IMG/VR virus record: IMGVR_UViG_3300049166_000062
Location: 1 to 59,591 of that record
Reading direction: 5' to 3' (one strand)
DNA from: a virus
Taxonomy: Duplodnaviria; Caudoviricetes
Length of the DNA stretch: 59,591 nucleotides
The notes beneath the pieces were generated by a model. That model was not told the DNA's origin. It searched no databases and saw nothing but the letters and a program-made list of their open reading frames with translations. Position 1 is the stretch's first letter; every line of letters begins with the position of its first letter. Positions 53,697 to 59,591 of this stretch are shown piece after piece. The position numbers and the translations under genes are program-made.

Positions 53697-53894
53697 TCAG
53701 CGTCGGCGCGTGAAGTTAGCGCGAGGGGCTGTCTGGTAGTTGTAGACGCGTGGGGCTTTATCGCCACCTTCTTCGATCTCTTGGTTGTCTTCCCAGTCGC
53801 CTGGGTCAACAAAAGCAGGATGAGCGAGAAGGTAGCGCTCGTATTCATCATCGTTCATGTCGTTCAAGATGGCTGGATCTATGGGTTTAGGCAC
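53697..53894 (-). CDS. Small acidic protein
   Basis: GGAGG SD; GTG overlaps the stop of the TPR-GT gene. Confidence 0.55.
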   Translation of the reverse strand: MPKPIDPAILNDMNDDEYERYLLAHPAFVDPGDWEDNQEIEEGGDKAPRVYNYQTAPRANFTRRR

Positions 53895-55755
53895 GGTGCT
53901 TCCTCCGCGGGGTTGCGCGCTTAGCGTCTACCATATCTGAAATCCTACCGGCAACCGCTCGCATAGCACTTAGCCGGTCGTGGATCGGGTCGCCCCATAT
54001 AATCTGTGTCTTAGGCGCCCAGATGTCGCTGCCATCTTCGTTACGCCGCCACATCGTGGACACATGCGTTGAAACCAACAAGGTAGGTACCCCGGCCGCG
54101 GCCGCAAGCTCCCCAGTGGTGGTAAACGGCGAAATTACCATGTCCAGGCACGATGACATGGCTACTTGGCCTTCCATGTCATCGACCAAGTCGAGGCCCT
54201 CCGGTATCCGAAGATTAACGATAGAGCGAAGATGGGCGATTTCTTCGTCCGTTGCGTTTGGCTGAAGCAGCCAGAAATCGACGTTTTCCAACTCCGACAA
54301 TTGGGCGAGATCTTCCACTTTCAGGTAGTGGCGGTTCCGCGCGACGGTCTGCAACATGCTTCGCCAAGCAACGCCAACCTGAAGTCGTCCGTTCGATCCG
54401 ATTAGTTGACGCCATTCGGCGACCAGGTCCGGCTTGGGCTGGAGAGGGTAAACGTCTCTTGGAAATGAATCTTTGGTGGGCCTTATGTCTGCGAGTGTGT
54501 CGAGCAGCGAGCAGACGAGGTCAACCCCCTCCCGACCGGCGATGATCACCTGGTCGGAAACGCATTGGAACAGCTTCGAATCCGTCAGCAGCGTACGGTC
54601 TGACATCTCGCGCACAATCTCGCGCCTGTGACGCGAGACGGGGAGGAAGTTGATCTTCGGGAACGTGCGCGACATGATCGGCGCAAGGCGCGGATCTGAT
54701 GTGATGGTCAGCGACCCGAAATGCGACGCAAGATCAGGGTAGGCGGAAGCCATTCTCAACTCATCGCCAGGCCCGCCTTCGGTGATCAAGATCGCCTTTT
54801 TTTGGCGGTAGCCGCCGGACACGATGTCGATATCGAGCGGGTGCTGGTTGGCATTGAAACATTTGGCGATAGCCAAGCTGATGGGACGCTTACGATAGAG
54901 AAGGTACGCATCCTTGACTTTGCCCTGGGCCTGCAACAAGTCCATAGTCAGGGGGGTGAACGGTCGCGGGTCTGGCTCGCCAATTCTGGACCGCCGGATC
55001 AAGGCTTCACCGGCAGCTGGCTGGCCGATCTCAAAAAGACAGCGCGCTATGCTGCCCACTGATTTCGCCAACTCCGGCGTCGATTCATAAATCGCTATGG
55101 CCTCGCTGTGCCTATTCTTGCCTTCGAGAGCCATTCCCTTGTGGACTAACAGGTTGTGTATCGCCTTGGCCTTTTTGGGTCCGGCAGGATCCTTGTGGGC
55201 GACTTTGAGGCCGCGTTCGCAGACCGTCAGAACATCGTCAAATCGTTCGAAAAAATAAAGGTACTCGGCGGCTCGAACGTACGCTATCGACGTATTGCCC
55301 ATAGCGGATACGGTCTTCAGAGCTGTCCTGAGACTGGCGTCCGGCGGCTCCACGCCGAGAGCCTTAAGCTGTCGAAAGCCAACAATGTCAATCGGGTGAT
55401 GCTTGAGCAACCGATGCGTGGCCGCAATAGCTAATTCGCGGTTCCCCATGTTGCTTAGAATGCTGGCTCTTAGCCGCAAGGCATTTATGTTGCTCGGATC
55501 GCCGCGCAAGGCGCTGTCGACGGTCGAAAGCGCCTGCGGGAGCTTCCACGTATCCAAGAGGCTTTTCGCCTCTGCAATGAGGTCGGGGCGCGGGACAGAG
55601 ACTAGCTTAAGCTTTTTGTTTGGAAAGATAATCCCGCGAATCTGGCGTCTAGTGGCTTCGGGCAAAGAACGGCGATATAGGACTTTCAGTGCGCGGAGGC
55701 ATTGTTCTAGAAGCGGCACCCCCGCCGGAATTGAGCGATCAAGATCGGTCACCAA
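53887..55755 (-). CDS. TPR-repeat + GT-B glycosyltransferase (FlmG/FlbA-like)
   Basis: N-terminal TPR-like helices; EGGPGDEL, DPRL..IM.RTFP, VGVAWRS, PEGLDL.DD....A....LDMVIS..T....LAAA.GVP. Confidence 0.7.
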   Translation of the reverse strand: MVTDLDRSIPAGVPLLEQCLRALKVLYRRSLPEATRRQIRGIIFPNKKLKLVSVPRPDLIAEAKSLLDTWKLPQALSTVDSALRGDPSNINALRLRASILSNMGNRELAIAATHRLLKHHPIDIVGFRQLKALGVEPPDASLRTALKTVSAMGNTSIAYVRAAEYLYFFERFDDVLTVCERGLKVAHKDPAGPKKAKAIHNLLVHKGMALEGKNRHSEAIAIYESTPELAKSVGSIARCLFEIGQPAAGEALIRRSRIGEPDPRPFTPLTMDLLQAQGKVKDAYLLYRKRPISLAIAKCFNANQHPLDIDIVSGGYRQKKAILITEGGPGDELRMASAYPDLASHFGSLTITSDPRLAPIMSRTFPKINFLPVSRHRREIVREMSDRTLLTDSKLFQCVSDQVIIAGREGVDLVCSLLDTLADIRPTKDSFPRDVYPLQPKPDLVAEWRQLIGSNGRLQVGVAWRSMLQTVARNRHYLKVEDLAQLSELENVDFWLLQPNATDEEIAHLRSIVNLRIPEGLDLVDDMEGQVAMSSCLDMVISPFTTTGELAAAAGVPTLLVSTHVSTMWRRNEDGSDIWAPKTQIIWGDPIHDRLSAMRAVAGRISDMVDAKRATPRRKHRA

Positions 55756-55777
55756 TTGAGTTCCCCTTCAACAATAA

Positions 55778-56737
55778 TTAGCGTTTCCAGAAGCTGTCGA
55801 AATAGAGCCAAGTTTGCACCGGGAATGCGAGGCGCGCGACCTCTCGATCAACCTCCCGGAACGGCGAAAGGGTTTTGGGTGAAATGACGCCCCTATCCCC
55901 GGGAGCCTCAGCGCCTCTGCGATATTTGATATTGTGCATCAGGAACATGGCTTTCGCGCCAGCTGCCGACTTAAGATATCGTGACGCTTCCTCTCCCATC
56001 TCCTGAAAACTCGCAGCGTTCCACAGAAGGTCGAATTCCTGGTTCTCTACGATAGGAAATTTCCAGTGAGGCAGAATATTGATCTTGCCCTTCTGAATGT
56101 CCGAGAATGACTGAACGCCGGAGCAGGCTCGGTAGTCGGCCACATGGCCGGTTCCCTCGAATACTTTCGAAAGATATTGGTTGCAGACGTATAGCTGCGT
56201 CGGCAAATCAAAAAGCACGATGGTTAGATCGGGATGTGCTTTCTTCAGCATTTCGGCCTGTTTTCCTGAGCCGGATCCAACCTCGATCAGGACCTGATCA
56301 GAAAACCGCATGTGCTGCGAAACGAAGGCGTATCGGCAATAAAAGTTCAACCAGGAGAGGGTGTAGAAGCGGCCATCGATCTCGAAGCCCTGGGGATTCC
56401 CGACACGGGACGCTTCGAGTTCCTCGATCGGCTTCGCACCATCACCGAGAAAGCATGAACGAGCGGCATGAAACATCTCTTCGGGCGTACCGTTTGGCCG
56501 CGCCGGGTCGGGGTTGATGTCGATTGCCCCGAACCGCGGCAAAACGGATCCAGGCGTTCCCTTCGGGTGCCTGGTGCCCCGGAAATTATGAAGGCCAACG
56601 GTTCGCAGGAAATCTACAAAGCTTTGGGAATAGGTCGCCCATCGCGCCGTTGGATTGAACGCAGACATTGCGCGCTTCTCATCAGCCAGGATGGATTCCA
56701 AAAGCTCGATATCGTTCTCTACCTGCCGAACTGACAA
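55778..56737 (-). CDS. Putative sugar O-methyltransferase (class I SAM)
   Basis: IEVGSGSG, VLFDLP.QLY....YL, FDL.WN..SFQEM, VGNP; TTG start after an AGGAGG SD. Confidence 0.75.
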   Translation of the reverse strand: MSVRQVENDIELLESILADEKRAMSAFNPTARWATYSQSFVDFLRTVGLHNFRGTRHPKGTPGSVLPRFGAIDINPDPARPNGTPEEMFHAARSCFLGDGAKPIEELEASRVGNPQGFEIDGRFYTLSWLNFYCRYAFVSQHMRFSDQVLIEVGSGSGKQAEMLKKAHPDLTIVLFDLPTQLYVCNQYLSKVFEGTGHVADYRACSGVQSFSDIQKGKINILPHWKFPIVENQEFDLLWNAASFQEMGEEASRYLKSAAGAKAMFLMHNIKYRRGAEAPGDRGVISPKTLSPFREVDREVARLAFPVQTWLYFDSFWKR

Positions 56738-56780
56738 ATGAATTCCTCCTGGACTGCGTTGGTGCCCCCGCCCAGCGCCT

Positions 56781-57519
56781 TCCTCTGGCACAGCCTGTCT
56801 GAAAACTCAACTCAAAGAGGAGCCGCTTGCCCCAGCCGGGCGGACCAAAGCCCGCTCGTAGCGGCGATTTCCGCGTTGCGAACCTCCGCAATGCCGTCCG
56901 CATTTAGCCAGGGGCATTCCCGGGCTGGGTAATCTTGGCTGCTACATCCAAACGAATTGATTCGGCGAGTTCCCGCGCAGCGCGATTCTCGGCGTCTCGT
57001 TCAGCCCGCAAAGACGCAAACTCTTGACGTGGTCTGTCGAACGACGCTGAAATTTCGCGTGTTCCCTCTGCTACTTGGGCCCCGGTGGTCACGTCTGTAA
57101 GAACATAGGTTCCTACCAACCTTAGGCTGCCGGCTGACGGTCGATCTTCCCCCGTCGCAGCAACAGGCCGCCTAGCGACGGCAAGCACTGTCGCGGCCAC
57201 AGTCAGTGTCATTGAGTATCGCGGGTTCATCGGCTGACCTTGGCCGCGCCCAAACATGAATATGAGATGGTTTCGGACTTCCTGCGCTACGCGTGTTTCG
57301 GGCTCCGCGATGGCGATAGATGCCATCTCTTTGACTACCCCGCCTGCGTCACCGCCAACCCAAGCAGGCCCCTCACTATAGAGGGGCTTGACCGTGCAAC
57401 CTGTGGCACACGCCAGAAATAATATTAGAGCCGCTTTAAGCATGCCAGTGTCCCATACAACAGGCACAAAGCCGTCCGCGCCCTTAGCTCCTCTCGCACA
57501 GCCTCTCTGAAAACTCAAC
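56781..57519 (+). repeat. 31-bp direct repeat pair flanking lptE
   Basis: TCCTCT(G/C)GCACAGCCT(G/C)TCTGAAAACTCAAC at 56781-56811 and 57489-57519, with 2 mismatches. Confidence 0.85.
56904..57443 (-). CDS. lptE: LPS-assembly lipoprotein LptE homolog
   Basis: Lipobox ATG-C then TVKPLY; RVAQEVRNHLIF; ASFDRPRQEFASLRAERDAENRAARELAE, the alphaproteobacterial LptE signature. Confidence 0.85.
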   Translation of the reverse strand: MLKAALILFLACATGCTVKPLYSEGPAWVGGDAGGVVKEMASIAIAEPETRVAQEVRNHLIFMFGRGQGQPMNPRYSMTLTVAATVLAVARRPVAATGEDRPSAGSLRLVGTYVLTDVTTGAQVAEGTREISASFDRPRQEFASLRAERDAENRAARELAESIRLDVAAKITQPGNAPG

Positions 57520-57536
57520 GCTGAAAGGATCAGCAA

Positions 57537-58238
57537 ATGACCACGCTGCTGGATGTCCAGCGGGCGCTGTTGGCGCGCGACTATGACATCGGGAAGTCTC
57601 GGGATGATGGTCTGCCTGGGCCAGCGACGTTCGGAGCCATGCTGCGAGCGCTGAACGAGCATGTGCCGTTGCCGATCGCGGTGTCGCCGCCGCCTGTCGC
57701 GGACCCGATCGGCCTCGTGCCTATGGCGTGGATGCCTTGGGCGCAGATGACGCGCATCGTGTTCCACTGGACGGCCGGCGGCAACAAGGCGAGCCTGCTC
57801 GACCGCAAGCACTACCACCTGCTGGTTGAGCATGTGGACGGCGTGGCACGACTGGTTCGCGGGGTCCCTTCGATCGTGCTCAATGATGCGCCACTGAAGA
57901 AGGGTTATGCCGCCCATACTCTCAACCTCAACGGCGATGCCATCGGAACCACAATGTGCGGGATGGCAGGCGCGCAGGAAAGCCCGTTCAAGGCCGGATC
58001 GGCTCCGATCATCAAGGCGCAGTGGGATCTGCTCGTCGATGCTCACGTCGACCTCTGCCGGCGCTATTCGATCCCGGTGACGCCGAAGACGCTGCTTTCC
58101 CACGCCGAAGTGCAGGCCACGCTCGGGGTACGTCAAAGAGGAAAATGGGATATAGCGGTTCTCCCCTTCGATCCCTCATTCAATACAGCAAAGAAGGTGG
58201 GCGATCGAATGAGGGCAGAGGTGCAGGCCAAACTTTAA
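57537..58238 (+). CDS. Endolysin: peptidoglycan-binding domain + Zn amidase (Amidase_2)
   Basis: VQ.AL....YD.G...DG..GPAT; IVFHWTAG, HYH, AHT..LN..AIG, SHAEV, GKWDI. Confidence 0.88.
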   Translation: MTTLLDVQRALLARDYDIGKSRDDGLPGPATFGAMLRALNEHVPLPIAVSPPPVADPIGLVPMAWMPWAQMTRIVFHWTAGGNKASLLDRKHYHLLVEHVDGVARLVRGVPSIVLNDAPLKKGYAAHTLNLNGDAIGTTMCGMAGAQESPFKAGSAPIIKAQWDLLVDAHVDLCRRYSIPVTPKTLLSHAEVQATLGVRQRGKWDIAVLPFDPSFNTAKKVGDRMRAEVQAKL

Positions 58239-58726
58239 GCGGATCGTGCAAAGTCTCCAAATTCCCGTTTCGCGGCGGCATCGTACACGGCTTTCGCCTC
58301 GTCCAATGTTCGATAGCAGCCGAGATATTGCAGCTTCCCGTTGACCCGGAGGCGCGCTTCAAAACGGCCGTTGCGGTGAAGGCGGACGCCCTTCACGCCG
58401 AGCTTGTTGTTTCTATAGACACCGGAATTGGCCTTGTTCTGCGTTTGGGTCGCTTCTCTTAAGTTGTCGAAGCGATCATCCGAAGGGTGAAGATTACGGT
58501 GGTCGGTCTGATCTGTGGGCCACGTTCCGGTCATATAGAGCCAAGCGAGGTTGCTTGCCGCGTAGAGCGTCCCGTCGATCTGAATTCGACGGTATCCCTC
58601 ACTGTTGATTGTTCCAGCGGCAGTCGTGACTTGGGAATTGGACCGTCTCACCCGCCAGCGGAATAGGCCAGTTTTCGGATCATAGTCCAGAATTTCGCGC
58701 AGCTTCTTTTGCGTTAACTCGCCCAA
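58235..58726 (-). CDS. HNH-AP2 homing endonuclease
   Basis: LREILDYDP.TG.F.W, DHRN..PSDDR.DNLREAT..QN, AP2-like GVKGV...YLG.Y....EA...Y..AA...FG.FA. Confidence 0.85.
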   Translation of the reverse strand: MGELTQKKLREILDYDPKTGLFRWRVRRSNSQVTTAAGTINSEGYRRIQIDGTLYAASNLAWLYMTGTWPTDQTDHRNLHPSDDRFDNLREATQTQNKANSGVYRNNKLGVKGVRLHRNGRFEARLRVNGKLQYLGCYRTLDEAKAVYDAAAKREFGDFARSA

Positions 58727-58891
58727 TGGCGGTAGTGGTGCATAGCCATCTTTCGATCCTTCCGTGATCGTTCGTGGTCAGAACCCGTCGCAGCGCTCCA
58801 ACGCTCGGCGGGTTCGCTATTTGTACCACAGTAGTCCTGTGTCGCAATCCGCGCCCGGCGGTCACCGGGCAATCTCAAAAGGAAAGAGACA

Positions 58892-59242
58892 ATGATCAAG
58901 CGCATTCTTATGGCGATCGCAGGCGTGTGCCTGCTCGTCATCACCGGGTGCAATCTCTCGGAGAGCACCTGCAACACGATGGACGCTCTCAAGAGCAGTT
59001 TCGACCGTTTCGCGGCTGAAGGTGAGTTCTCGCGGAAGACGGTCATCGCGGTGAATGGCGTCTACGAACCGGCCGCCCGCGCCTGCGAGAACGCTGGGAC
59101 CGTGACGCAGGTTGAGATGATCGCTCTAGCGACCGACGCCATCCTCGCCATCAGGCAGGCCATGCGGGAGAGCGATCGCGCCGCGACCGTCATGTATCCG
59201 CAGGTTCGCGAGCTTGAAAGGATTCTCGACCATGTTCGCTAA
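58892..59242 (+). CDS. Lipoprotein in the lysis cassette
   Basis: AAGGA SD; lipobox ITG-C. Confidence 0.7.
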   Translation: MIKRILMAIAGVCLLVITGCNLSESTCNTMDALKSSFDRFAAEGEFSRKTVIAVNGVYEPAARACENAGTVTQVEMIALATDAILAIRQAMRESDRAATVMYPQVRELERILDHVR

Positions 59243-59591
59243 GCTTCTCACCCCATTCACCACGGCCGCGCCTCTCGGCGTTGCCGTTCGTGATGTCGCT
59301 GTGGCGCTGGGCGTCATTCTCGCCACGCTTGGCACGCTCGGCATGCTGTCACCTGAACAGGTTGACCAGTTCCGGTCGTACCTGGAAACGATCACCGACC
59401 CCACCGTGATCGCGGCGTTCGGCGTTCTGCTGGGTGTCGGAACGTCTGTCTATCGAACGTTTTGGAAGTCGAGTTCCGACCGCGGCGCCGAGGTGGCCAA
59501 GGAGACCGACGCCAAGATTCCGAAGGATGATCCGGTTGTGATCGAAACGCCGGGCCATCGTCCCAACATCATTGTCCCATCGAAGCCATGA
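59232..59591 (+). CDS. Holin-like membrane protein
   Basis: Two predicted TM segments with a charged C-terminal tail; lysis-module position. Confidence 0.6.
   Translation: MFAKLLTPFTTAAPLGVAVRDVAVALGVILATLGTLGMLSPEQVDQFRSYLETITDPTVIAAFGVLLGVGTSVYRTFWKSSSDRGAEVAKETDAKIPKDDPVVIETPGHRPNIIVPSKP

Larger units (their letters stand above)
1..59591. mobile_element. Temperate siphovirus-like prophage (HK97-type head), alphaproteobacterial host
   Basis: Ordered int-xis, cI/cro, replication, terminase, portal, protease, capsid, tail, tape measure and lysis modules. GcrA/CtrA/GapR/DUF982-type genes point to Rhizobiales. Confidence 0.97.

Noticed and set aside
57444-58136. Apparent 410-aa extended LptE (56904-58136)
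   Set aside because: The extension is antisense to the endolysin; the signal peptide and lipobox begin at ATG 57443.
53461-58891. Bridge ORFs over the late antisense islands
   Set aside because: An ATGA-coupled ORF starts at 53461 but stops at 53565, and the TPR-GT/methyltransferase/lptE and HNH-AP2 islands are not spanned. The bridge pattern holds for the early operons only, plus one near-case at 38822.
1-59591. tRNA, rRNA, IS elements, attL/attR core repeats
   Set aside because: None recognised. The window begins and ends exactly at gene stops, so the att cores are probably outside it.

Overview
This GC-rich window is essentially one complete temperate siphovirus-type prophage of an alphaproteobacterium, most likely Rhizobiales. 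It runs from the integrase stop (position 1) to a holin-like stop (59591), so the att cores lie outside the window. The left operon carries int, xis, DHFR, a J-domain protein, an HNH-ExoX fusion, a HAD nucleotidase and YqaJ with an unassigned partner. The immunity region has cI/cro with five 17-bp TTAGCG-N5-CGCTAA operators. The right early operon encodes GcrA-, GapR- and CtrA-like proteins, RuvC, HNH, ParB, a TOPRIM/SF4 primase-helicase and a late regulator. HNH-cos-TerS/TerL, an HK97-type head, tail genes, an antisense surface-modification island (TPR-glycosyltransferase, sugar O-methyltransferase, LptE) and lysis genes follow. The most unusual signal is that all six opposite-strand gene islands inside the early operons are spanned on the operon strand by a stop-free 'bridge' ORF. 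Each bridge starts at the upstream gene's stop and ends at the downstream gene's start, usually in exact codon register with the antisense genes. Several of those antisense genes, including three of the six DUF982 paralogs, carry GGAAC-N16/17-CGTT-type EcfG/RpoE2 general-stress promoters. Also notable are two distant loci of 11-bp iteron-like repeats, a pseudoknot at the tail-chaperone RBS, and a 31-bp direct repeat around lptE. All family calls come from motif recognition by eye, and no database searches were run.
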